Below are positions 37,376 through 48,392 of a stretch of DNA of 64,000 nucleotides, piece after piece; the first letter of the stretch is position 1, and the number at the start of each line of letters is the position of its first letter. The notes under the pieces were generated by a model. The model was not told the origin of the DNA, ran no database searches, and saw only the letters and a program-made list of their open reading frames with translations. This DNA comes from Klebsormidium nitens (taxonomy: Eukaryota; Plantae; Klebsormidiophyceae). Both the position numbers and the translations under genes were made by a program. The stretch covers positions 124,001 through 188,000 of the forward strand of contig DF236994.1 of assembly GCA_000708835.1 (NCBI GenBank). The letters run 5' to 3'.

Positions 37376-37934
37376 CCCTTATAACTTATATTGCGACATG
37401 ATGGCCTTCATACTCACGTCTTGGCATACATAGCTCGTGGACACAATCAAGTTTTCCGGAGACTGAATGCATCATGAACTCAGAAGAATAGCTGGTTGCG
37501 ACAAGAAGGTTAATTGTCTAACCCTCCTTTTGCGGAAACAGTTCAAATCTCTTTATTTATTCGTCCATCCTCTAATGGACGTATTTGTATCGTCGTATCT
37601 GATTTGCTTAACCTACGAAACTAAATGGAACTCGATTCAGTTTGTTCCGGTCCTTTACAATCCAATTGACACTATCTTGCTAAGCTATCTCAGATCGAGC
37701 CTTACTGTACATTAAGTGTCAATCAGGCCTACTCTGCAGCTGCATCTCACTGCTCTTTTTTATCACCACTATCATACTTCCAGCTATGAGGTTTTGCACA
37801 TTCTACTCACTCCCTGCCACGCTTGCGTCCTGGCGATGCACTCCTGCGCGGCGAGCCAGGTCTGCCTTGGTTGCCCCCACCGGGCTTTCTATCTCCGTCT
37901 CCTCTGCCTCTGCCAGCTCCTTGCCCCCTTTGCC

Positions 37935-38540
37935 TGAACGAAGCAATATAGAATAATAAGATATCACATCCTCAATGACTCCGTTATGAGTCTCTGAATA
38001 CGGAGTCGAGAATCAAGAGCCCGAAGATGACGACTGTTGCGGACAGTCCAGAAGCTTGAGTCCATATTCAGACTTACAGTCTGAAGATTACAATTCAATT
38101 GGGACAAGCTTTGCCGTTGAATGGCAGCAACGAGTGGCAAGGTGAAGCGGCGCTGAACAGAATCGACTCGGGGTGAGAGAGATACGGGCTGGAGAGACGA
38201 TATACGAGGAGTTTAATACAAGCTGAAGATNNNNNNNNNNNNNNNNNNNNTAAGAGTCTGAGTCTGCAGCGCGAAGTGTCAGCCTAGAAGCTTCGGTGCT
38301 CGGCCTAGAAGCTTCGGTGCTCGGCCGGCCATAAGCTTAGTCTCGAAAGCTTATCGGACGGTTCCCTCGTACGCGGTGCACGTGGGTCTTATCGGACGGT
38401 CACGCGGTGAAGCAGTAACCCAGACACGTGTCGCGTAGTGATTCGATATATTAAATAAGTCGATAGCGTATAATAACGGACGATGCGCGGCCGCGAGTTT
38501 GGCGCGCAGCCAGAAGTCGGTGCGCAGTCGTGCCGTTACA
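37935..38540. mobile_element. Nested LTR-like insertion (solo LTR or collapsed LTR element) spanning the assembly gap
   Basis: TG...CA ends with an imperfect inverted repeat (TGAACG / CGTTACA); 21-bp tandem duplication at 38282-38323; AATAATAAG near the left end. Removing it restores an open gag frame (DKAL-GQRGQGAGRG). No matching TSD at these ends. Confidence 0.5.
38231..38250. other. Assembly gap (20 N)
   Basis: Run of n in the sequence. Confidence 1.
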
Positions 38541-40805
38541 CAAGGGCTTTGTCAACGCCCCGCCTGACAGTGTCTGGAGCAGAGCTCCGGCTCAGAGGAG
38601 CATCGATGACCACAGGCCTTAAGTCGGGTCGACCTTAACGGTCGCTTTGGTAATCCTTACAGGATTGTTTAGGGCTTCGAGAAATCACCTGTTGTCCCGA
38701 AGCCATTCTGGGTGCTTGCCCAGTGGCACCTCCTCCGCCTTGACCCGTTTATCTCAGGATAGAAGCGTAGAATCTTCTTATCCACCTCCGATATTTCCGC
38801 GTCCGTTGCGTCTTCGCCGAGCTCTGCCACTTTCTGCTGGGCATACGTGCAGATGTCCTCCGCCATGTAGGACAATCTCCTGCACCGGTTGCGGATGAAG
38901 ACCCCAAAATCTCCTGCCAAGGCGAGACCCCCTTTCTGGTTCTTTTCAGCCGCGTAGATTGCTGCGTACATCTCGTGCTGCAGCAGAAGCCCCCTGATCG
39001 TGACTGGGTTAATCGCTGAGGCCAGCTTCTTCATCTCAGACTCTATCGCCGTCTTCGCTTTATTCGCGTGCAGCTGCTTCTCTATGTTTTTCAACCGGGC
39101 CCTGAGCTCTTCACCCGAATCGCTAGACTTATCTTCCTTCCTCTCTTTAGGAAGCGCTGCGCGCACCGGCCTCGAAGACGCCATGGCCGACTGCCTTCCG
39201 GTTTCCGGCGGAGGGTTTCTGTGCGTAACAGGGGACGACACAGATTGCTGCTCCGCCGGGGTATGGAAACTGCGCTGTGCAGACAGGTTCCGAGGAGGCG
39301 GTTGCTCACCGTGTCTGAACCCCGGGGGCCCCAGGTTGACTCTTCCAGCTGCCGGGGGAAAGATAGGTTGAAAAGCCGGTCTCTCGTCGGGAAGCTGCCT
39401 GGCTTGGAAGTGACTTGGTCCCGCTTGACGGAAGCCGAATTGCTGCAAAAGCCCTGAACGCACTGGGACCGGCCTTCTGACCTCACCCTGCTGCGCCGCT
39501 TGCCCCCTGCGAAAACCGAACTCTCCCTGGCCCCCAATCACCGGGGCAGAAAAACCTCTCACCGGGTTCTTCCCACCCAGCGGAAATTCCGCCCAGGCTT
39601 CCGGCGGAGTTCCGAATTCCGCCCCAGGCCTTCCATTCCAAAGGACTGCCTCTGCAGATACTGTTCTGACTCCATCCCGTTCTCTTTCAGCATCACGAGG
39701 AGAGGATCACCTTCCCTTCTCGTTCCGATTCCTATGGACAGCTGCGCTGGAGGGACATCCTTGTATTCTGCTCCAGACTCCACTGCCTTGAGCTTCAGGT
39801 TTTCTCCTGACCTTCCTACTACTTTGACGAAAATTCTGCCGAGTTGCCCAGTTGGCCTAAACTTAAACCGAGGACCTTCAAACTTCTCCAATCCAACTAA
39901 GAAACTAATTTGCTCAGATTCTCGACCTGCCTCCTCTCCATTCGCTCAGCGCCCAAGTGTTCCATCATGCACTAGACATGAGAGACTGCGGCGGCGTGCC
40001 AAAGGGAGGGTTTTCCGACTCTTCAGAGTTCTCAGACTTGCTGTTGACTCCCTCAGGATACTCGAAGAGGACTGCTGCCGCTGCCGATCCGAGGTCTGAA
40101 ACTTCCAGGCTCTTGAGCTGCAGCTCACTGAAGCGCGAGTCCTCGGTCAGCGCTGGATAGTTCAGCGGCAGATCAGGCGAAGCGTCTTGCAGTGACTTTA
40201 TCAGGCTCCTCTCATACGGAGACTAGATTATTGCTCCAAGGGGCAAACGGACCAGGTCAGGAAGCTCGATGACCCCCAGAATTGTCTCACCCTTCGCTTC
40301 TGCAATCTCCCTTTTTGCTCTCAGATTGGCTTGTCGCTTCCTCTCTTTTGCTTGCTCAAGCCTGGCATACTTATCTTCCATGAGCCTGACTCTCGCAGCC
40401 TGCTGAGCTGCTTCCAACCTCCATTTGAGCTTGTCCGACAGAACCTTGTCGTCTTCCTGCTTCAGCAAGTCGATGCTCCTGAGAAACCTTTTGAGTCCTT
40501 CGAGGAATAGGTAGTCTGTGAAGCCCACATCAGAGCATGCATCAAACAGCTCAACTGCTGCCACCAACGAAGGCCCGAGAGAATCAAGGAACTGCTTGCT
40601 CAGCCGTTCTTCGCGAGGTCAAGGAGGATGTGCTTTGAATTCTTGTCCTTTCTCCAATGCAGAGAAATCACGGCCCTCAAAGCCTAGCGTCACTGCGTTG
40701 AATGGGGGATTTTGGAGTGCCTGCACTGGGGCCCGGTGCCCCACTCCCGCTTCGGCCCACTCCGGTGAGCTCATGCACCTTATCAGCACAATGCTGCCCA
40801 ATTTC

Positions 40806-40996
40806 GTACGAAAAACTTTCTGCGCGCCTTGGCGCCTCGAAAAGCTCCTGCTAAGGAACTTTCGAATGATTCAGAACACGATTCATATCACGGATGTTCT
40901 TCTTCTTCGTGCGCTTAAAGTTCAAGTCTGCTAATGTCGAGTAAAAGCGTCGATAAATTAGGTGACGAAATCAACGGTTGACAAAGTATTCCCCTA
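40806..40996. repeat. Split direct repeat X, terminal copy
   Basis: Matches 33111-33293. Confidence 0.95.
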
Positions 40997-41569
40997 GCTG
41001 GAGGCTAGAGCTGCTCCTCCTTCCTGTGAGCACTGCATGTGCATGCAAGTTGCAAGCGCTGGCTTCAAACCCTAATCTTGGCTTTACCATGGTTTGGTTC
41101 CGGTCTCTTTTTTGTCGTCAGCGGATGCAAACCAGAATCAACCGGGCACTTCACTTTGGGTGCGCCTAATAGGCGCGCCGGCGAAGGATCCCCCGGGATA
41201 CGTTCCGCTCTCTGCTGTCGGTTGCCTAACCATTAGCCGGAACAAGATGCACACAAAGAATATACCTCGGCTGGGAGAAACCAGAGCCTGCGCGTGGAGA
41301 ATGCTGTGCTATTACAGACGTCTGCTGAAGCTGCTCAAGGAAGCGCCTCAACGCCCTCTCTTCACCTCAGCACCAAACCGTTGATGGACATCAGCCCAAG
41401 GAACTGTGCAGGCAGGGACTTTGGCCTGCAGAACGAGAGCGCTTGCATCGTGCTTGGTTGTTTAGACAGGACGACTCGACCTGCTCTCCTTTTTACAGTC
41501 CTCCCAAGGAGAACAAGTGGGGTGGGAGGGCTTTGGACTCCTGAATAACATCTGACGACAGAAGCAACA

Positions 41570-44500
41570 ATGGGAAAGAGTAAGTAACCAGCTTGTGCTC
41601 TGTGCTGCCTTTCGCAATGTGCCCGCTTTTTGTGTGGAAGTAACTACTTTAAACTGGCAGTCTTCAGTTGTTTACTCTTTCTCAAGTAAACTGCTGCTTG
41701 CTCGTTCAACTTTTGCACCTTTGGATGATGCCTCAGTGCCTGCATGTCTGTTGCTGAAGTAGGTTACCTCAAAAAGGGCGGGCTTTTTTATTGAAACCCT
41801 TCTCTTACATTTCTCCCATGAAAAGCTGGAGTGGTGGCCGACCTACTTTTGTGGCTGCCACAAGGCCAGAATAGGTTTCCTTGCAGGCAGCAACTTCTGA
41901 GCGCTCAAGTGTTCAGCGTATGTTTCTCAAGCCTGTGTGTCCCTTCTGCAGAGAAGCCAGGGCGGAAGGCTAGAGGGGGGGATGATGCTGATGATGAGGC
42001 ATCCAGCTTTGCATCTAGCGCTGCGACGCTGTCTGACTTTGGAGGACCTGATGGGGAGGATGTGTATAGAGACGAGAGCTCCGCACTGGACGACCTAATC
42101 GACACTTTGTATGAGAAGCGGGCCACGACGCGGGAGACTGGGCTGAAGGGCCTCATTGCAGCTCTGACTCGGGACATGCTCGCAGACGCTGTGGAGTCAA
42201 AGTGAGTTGGAATTGCATGCGTCACTTTGGTCGACTGAAGTGTATGGTGGACTTTTTGCATCTTGAAATGTAGATGGCTTTGTTCAAGTCAAGCTGTAGG
42301 GGTTTCGACCCTCCCTCGAAAAAAAATTGTGCCATTATGCGGGGGTTGCTTAGCCAGCCAGGAAGCAAGTGGTGTGCCTCGGCTTCTACATTCTGCAAAC
42401 CTAGTCATAGAACATCTCTATGTCTATGAGTTCGTTATCACCGAGGCCCCAACATTCCAGCCTGGTCCACAAGTTTAGATTCGCTGTGGAGTCCTCTCCT
42501 TCTGTTGTACAGCCCCTGGCAAGACCACCACCGCTGACCGCTGACCGTCCAATGTTCCACTGCAGGCTAGAAACCCTGCTACAGCAACTCATCTCCGGCG
42601 TGAAAAAGGGCGCCGCCGCAGAGTCAGCGTTGGCGTCCCGGGCCATTGGCATCCTTGCGATCACAATGGGGGCGGGGGGGGACTCTGAGCATATTTGGCA
42701 GGAGGCGGGGCCGCATCTCACAAAGCTGGCGAAGCAGGGTAGTGCGCAGGCGCCTCGGATTGCGGCCCTGGAATCGCTCGCAGTGACGTGCTTTGTGGGG
42801 GCGCAGGATGCGGGGGATACAGAAAGGGCCATGACGACGTGCTGGCAGATTGCGGGGCACCGGGGAAACGCGGCGGGGGAGCAGAAGGTGGGAAGATGCC
42901 TGTCTTACTCAGTCTTCCCTAGAAAGTATTGTGCGAGAATGGAAATGCCTATTCTGCTCGAGCGGGACAGCGCAAAAGGTGTCGGATGTTAATTTGTTGG
43001 TATTGTGTATGTTGTTTCTTGTTGGTATTGCCTATCTCGGAAGGTAACCAGTGTATTGGAATTTGAGGCATTTCTGAGCATACACAAGAATGCTCAGCAT
43101 TTTGGTGGTACTCATCCTGCCCCTCTCTTGGGCACTGGTTAGCCTCCAGCCTTGTGTCCCTCGTCACGCGGAGCAGTGTTCGGTTTTCTCACATAGTCCG
43201 GGCCTCGAGGGGCCTCGCGGAGCCTCAAGGTGCTTCGACACTTCACCCATCTTAGAATGTTCCAGACGCCCTTCCTGTGACCGCCAAAACATCTCGAGAT
43301 AATCATGTCAGAGGGTTGTTGAACATCCAAGCTTTCTGTATCCGAAATGTTTGAGCCACACTTTATACCAACCCCAAGCTTTGACCTGCTCAGCCCCAAT
43401 CGATGCACTCATGCCTGATCCTTCCCCCCCAGGTTGGTGCGAGCGCCCCCTCTCCGGCCCTAAAGGCTGCGGCCCTCAGCTCGTGGAGCCTCCTCCTGTC
43501 CAGCCTCCCCACCGGCCGCCTCGAGTCCCAGGGGGTCGAGGCCAAAGTCCCCGTCCTCGCGCGCCTGCTCAAAGACGCTGACCTCAGCGTGCGCACGGCG
43601 GCTGGCGAAACCATTGCTCTGCTTCTGGAGGCGGGCGCGACGGACTCTCTCGATGACGCGGACGTTTCGTCACCCGACGAAGATTCGGACAGCGAAGAGG
43701 GGTACGTTCCGCGCGCGGAGGAGTTCCAGGGAAAGCTCAAGGGGGGGGTCCGGCCGCCAGGCGCAAAGGACCCCCTGCAAGGAGTGCGGAACGGCGGGGG
43801 AAGCGATAGCCGCCAGTCGAGCCCGTCGAAACGGCCACTGGGGGATCGGCAAGAGGATCTTGTGGAGGAGATTCGGCTGATGAGCGTACAAGCTAGGAAG
43901 AAAGATAGTAAGCGTGAGCGGGCCGCTCAGAAGAATAGCTTTCGGGAGTTGCTGGCGTCGATCGAGGAGGGGGGGTGCGCGGAGACGACGATCAAGCTGC
44001 GGCACGGGGACCGGCTGACGGTGGGCACGTGGGAGGGGACGGTGCAGCTGAACGCGATAAGGAAGATGCTCGGGGAGGGCTTTCAGCGACACTTGCAGGT
44101 GGGTCTGCTTGGGGGGCTCCGGTCTCACTCTCTCCGTTGAGAGGGCACATGTTCGTTTGCAACGGACTGAAATAAGATCATGGAGGTCGATCTCGTCAAA
44201 ATTGGTAGTTGAAAAAAGCAGTTCATCTGCGTAATATCCTTCTGCAACACCCTCTCACCCCATTGCTGCACCGATGGTTCGGAATCCGTGTCCACTATGC
44301 CCAGATTTGGAACGAAGTAAGAGGCGGGACTGAAATCTCTACAAAACCCTGCCTGGACGTCTGCTGACTGTTTCTCCACAACGCCTTTCCGCAGGAGAAC
44401 CCCCTGCTGCACCAGGTGTTTGAGTTCCAGCCCCGGCAGGAGGCGGCGCAACGGCTGCAAGGCGTCGACAAGCGGCTGATGCGGTCGCCCAACTCCGCCA

Positions 44501-44926
44501 TGAGCAAGTGGCGCACGCAGGCTATGAACCGGCGACGCTCGAACGCGGCGGTGAGGCACTCCTCCATACAGAGAACGTCGGACGGTTTAATGAACCGACG
44601 TCAGGGCATCATCTTTCGGGTCCATCTCGCACTCGTCATGTGCACAAACCGCAGAAAAGTAATGTTGGTTCCGGTGACCCGGTCACTTAAGAGCTACTTG
44701 GGAACTGAGAGATCGATGGGCGGACTTTGGCATGAGCTTTGCTGCGTGCAGAGTTGACGTAATCGTAGTGATAGGCACGATTTGGTCGAGCAGATTGGCT
44801 TGTTTGCCAATATCGCTGTTTCGATAAATGCATCTTGAGCCATGGGTGCTGAAATTCTGGCTGATTGGTAAGACCCGTTCAATGCAGGTTGGAAGTGTTG
44901 GCCATTATGGTGACGAAGACGACTGA
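41570..44926 (+). CDS. IFRD1: Interferon-related developmental regulator family protein (plant SAT32-like)
   Basis: Exons 41570-41579, 41952-~42201, ~42569-42889, ~43432-44098, 44396-~44551 and probably 44888-44926. Motifs LYEKRATTRE, ALASRAIGILAIT, AALSSWSLLL, VRTAAGETIALLLE, ENPLLHQVF, RLMRSPNSAMSKWRTQ. The last exon (VGSVGHYGDEDD*) is tentative. Confidence 0.9.
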
Positions 44927-45925
44927 TTGCTCAGTGGCACCGCAGCGTCTGTACAATAGCCCTATCAAATCTAGTCTTGCAAAGCCAGTTCGTTGACTGA
45001 TCAGGCCCTTCAACGCCGCAACTTAGGTTGTCGTTCAAAAACGAAACACGATGTCCTTGAGACACTTTGGCCGCGCCATCTTGCAACAGTCTGCTGGCCG
45101 CCTTCTTTGAGAAAGCCGCTTTGCTCTGTAAGGGGGGGTTCTTTCCTTCTGGCAGTGCTGGTTCCACTAGCACGGAAGCTACAGCAACCCAAAAAGAGAG
45201 CTACAAACATTCTGACGCTTCACTACGATAGACAACAACGAGACACAATCACTGTAGCGAGAATCAGACGAAAAGTTGCTCTTGGTCCAAGCGCATCGTG
45301 CAAACAAACGCCACCAGCTCCTCCCCAAGGAGCGCCGATTTGCGGAGTTCCGGACGCCCCTGCACGTAATATGTTCCTGACACGATGCCATGATTGATCG
45401 TTGAATATGTCAATATTCCCATAATATGCATGTCCATGTATCCTGCACCATGGTTGGTTGCAATGAAACGCCGTAGTCACATGATATATCCTGCAGTATC
45501 TTTGACTTGAATCGCGTGGACACGTGAGCTAGATGGGAGTACACAGTGATTAGACCATGTTCATATTGCATCATGTCAATGCATCAAGATCTTGCATCGT
45601 GTGCTCAGTGGCAAGTGCAAGTGAGTATTGGCGTCCAACCTGTACATCTGCTCGGTATGAAGTGCATGCACTTGATAGCTACCCTCGCGTGATCCTCGTT
45701 GCAACAACAGAAAGATGCGGCCGGGGCAAATCTTACAAGCACTCTGCATTCAACGCTGGGCCAAAGATCCAATGTCCCCACAAGATAAAACATCAAAGCT
45801 TGAGCTTCTATGAAGCGTGGCATTATCGTCAATCCCCACCCTTTGACTGCTGCATCCCACTGCATGTTCCTGTTGCGCACCGCTGAGCGTCAGCCTGGTT
45901 CACGGGGGAGATCGGACGGTCCAAG

Positions 45926-47785
45926 TAAGCAATTTGGGAAAACGCGGGCCGTCCGATCCAATCGCTTGTTTTGAGAACCCCAAACCCTTGCGAGCGAGCC
46001 GGCCGGCGGCTCACCTGGCCCGGGCCACTCACGCGCGCGTCGCGCCATATGCGCACCGGCTGCGCTATCATTGTGTTCCACCGCCCAGGAACGTCTGAAA
46101 CGAAGCAGGAAGTTTGCAGCTTTCGCCGGCAGCAACTCCTCAAATTCCCCAGAATAGCAGCCTTGTCCCACTTAGTACAGCCGCAAAATTAACAAGAAGT
46201 ATGTCTCTGGCAGTACTCCTACACCCACTGCCAATGCTTGCCGGGGTAGCCTTTGAGCAAAAGGAGGGGTTTTTGGGAGCACGAAAGGTGCATCACTTTG
46301 CATTCCCTGGAACAGGAGATTGGTCTCCTTTTAAAATGGATAAGGTTGCTGCAAGACTGAAGTGAGGGTGTGACAGTGGTAGCCTGGGCTTGTTGCAGTA
46401 CTCTCGGTGGGGCTGATGAGAGATTTGCAAAATCCAGAAGCCCATTGGTCCTGCACTTGCTTAAGTCGTCTTATCGTTCACAAACATCATAGCACCGTGG
46501 CAGAGCGCGTACATTTGTTAGAAGACACGCATGTATGCTTTCGAAATACAGGCAAACGCAAGGTGGAAGCGATTGCTCTCCCAAAAACCACGAGTCAGAA
46601 ATTTGTTGCAAATGCTGTAAGCAAAAGCTTTCCTGCTGCAAAGGCTGTTATGCTCTTATATGCAGGTCAATGTTAGAGCATCGATTCCCGGTGGATCTTT
46701 TCGAAACAGGACTTTCGATTGCAGTCTTTTCCTAGAAAGGGAAGCCTACATGGATGCAGGTGCACTTGACTTTAGTACGAAGTTTGAATGCAAATGGATT
46801 CAAATTGCCCAGGACTGATTTGAACTCAAGTGGGAGAACTGATTGATGAAAATTCTCTTCTTGCAGACTACCATCTCGTACCTGGCGACAGCCCTTTCAA
46901 AACCTTTGAGAGCAAGCTCCAAGAACAGATTTCAAGCGGAAAACTCCAGAGCTCCTCTCAAAGTAAGACCCTATTTATAGCATTATAGTCTTGTTCTTGC
47001 ATAAGGGATGCCGGTTGTAGAAGCTTGTGTAGGTTTTCTGGATCCTTGCCAGTATGAGAGTGGGAACGTGCCACTTGCTTCTCTTAGATTCCTACTAAGA
47101 TCGTCACGGTTGCGTCGATCGCAGATTTGGCCTCTTGCTAGTCAGTGTCAATTGACTAGACTCGTATATGAGGACAAGTGGGATTCTGCTCCTTGACGGT
47201 GTTGTCAAGCATGTGATTTTGGAGTACATTCTGGATTATGCTTGACACAGGCCTCTAGAAGGAAGATACGCGGATCGAAGGGCCCCAGAAAGAAGGTACC
47301 CCGCTCAACGAAGGAGCAACAGAAGGAGCAATGGGCCTGGTATACTCCGTTGGCCTGGCTGGACTCGGGATATAATGGATTGCTGATCTGGGTAGTGTAC
47401 ATTATTGTGCTGGTATGGTTGTGGTTCACATTATTTTCTCAATAAGCTCTAACAAGAAAGCGCCGAGTCACCGAAGGTAGGAGTCAGTATTGTAAGCCCT
47501 CAGATGGTAGCTCTGCTTTGCGTGGCTGGCGTGATGTGCCTGGTGAACTCTCACTATTTGCAGCCTCCGTGCAGAAACTGCTGTACTCTAAATCTGCTGG
47601 ACAAAGCTGGCGTTTCGCAAACATCAACGGGAAAGCAGTATCTAAATGCAAAGTTTTCGTACACAAAGTGACATCCAGCTCGCTCGTTACTTGGACGGTG
47701 ATTCAATTCACCTCGCGTGGAATCTCGTACCGTTGGCGCGGCCACATTCAACCGTCCCATGACATATCTTACTGCACCTTCGTCT
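45926..47785 (+). repeat. Diverged tandem segmental duplication, copy 1
   Basis: Collinear similarity with 48393-50197 from TAAGCAATTTGG through TACTGCACCTTCG, with many substitutions and indels. Confidence 0.9.
46201..47445 (+). CDS. Putative small basic protein with C-terminal Trp-rich hydrophobic tail, copy 1
   Basis: ATG MSLAVLLHPLPMLAG; conserved AG/GT-bounded exon ~46867-46962 (TTISYLATALSKPLRASSKNRFQAENSRAPLK); last exon 47251-47445 (ASRRKIRG...KEQWAWYTPLAW...LWFTLFSQ*). The 5' exon linkage is unresolved. Confidence 0.4.
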
Positions 47786-48392
47786 TCAAGTTCATGCAGC
47801 AGCTTTCCACCTAGCATGCCCACGGTTGAGCAGTATTATGCGTTCGGAAATGTACTAGGTACACCGAAACACTTTTTTTTGGCGACAGAAGAGCACAGCG
47901 ACCTGTTGAGCAGTCGCTCTTTGACGTCATTCAGATGCGTCTGATTACGCCCTCTTTAAGGTCGAAACAAAAAGGGCCTGCGCGCGCGTCTTAGACGCTT
48001 TCGAAGACGTCTTCGTCCACAACTCGAGCATGCCGTCGTCGTTTTGAGTTACATTGGGAAGGGCATAAAAAATGCTGTTTTTTAAGCCCCTACTTGGTTC
48101 AAACGAAGCCGTATAGCTATGTGCTCATAATATGACGTTTTGGGCATTTTTGAGCTGCTCAAAATCTGGATCTATATGTTTAGCTCATATACCCCCTTTC
48201 GATTTCTTAAGCAAACCATATGTTATTTGCTCAGTGGGGGATCGTATGAACTCTCCCCAAAGAGGTCTTACAGAGGAATCAAGAGTAATTGTCCACAATG
48301 AAGGTGCAAATTAGTTGATCATCAAATAGGTTTCAGAAACTCCACGTTCGTGTCGACTTTGCACCTTGATTGTGGGAAGTTCCTCGGTATCT

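Larger units (their letters stand above)
37807..40774 (-). pseudogene. gag-like ORF1 of the retrotransposon, disrupted and interrupted
   Basis: Long charged/coiled-coil frames (40774-40223, 39891-39559, 39562-38669) and a Gly/Arg-rich C-terminus, in the expected position upstream of pol. No diagnostic motif. Confidence 0.6.
31243..40996 (-). mobile_element. Tyrosine-recombinase (DIRS-order) retrotransposon with split direct repeats, PAT/TOC1/kangaroo-like, decayed
   Basis: gag-like and RT-RNaseH-MT ORFs on the minus strand, YR on the plus strand. Read on the minus strand, the repeats are arranged X1-ORFs-Y1X2-spacer-Y2. Confidence 0.92.

Noticed and set aside
31241-40999. AGCT read as an ordinary 4-bp target-site duplication
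   Set aside because: Three of the four bases also occur at the internal X|Y junction, so they belong to the element ends; a recombination core fits better.
44931-45886. ORFs of 70-134 aa between IFRD and the duplication
   Set aside because: No domain, no coherent splice model and no strand preference.
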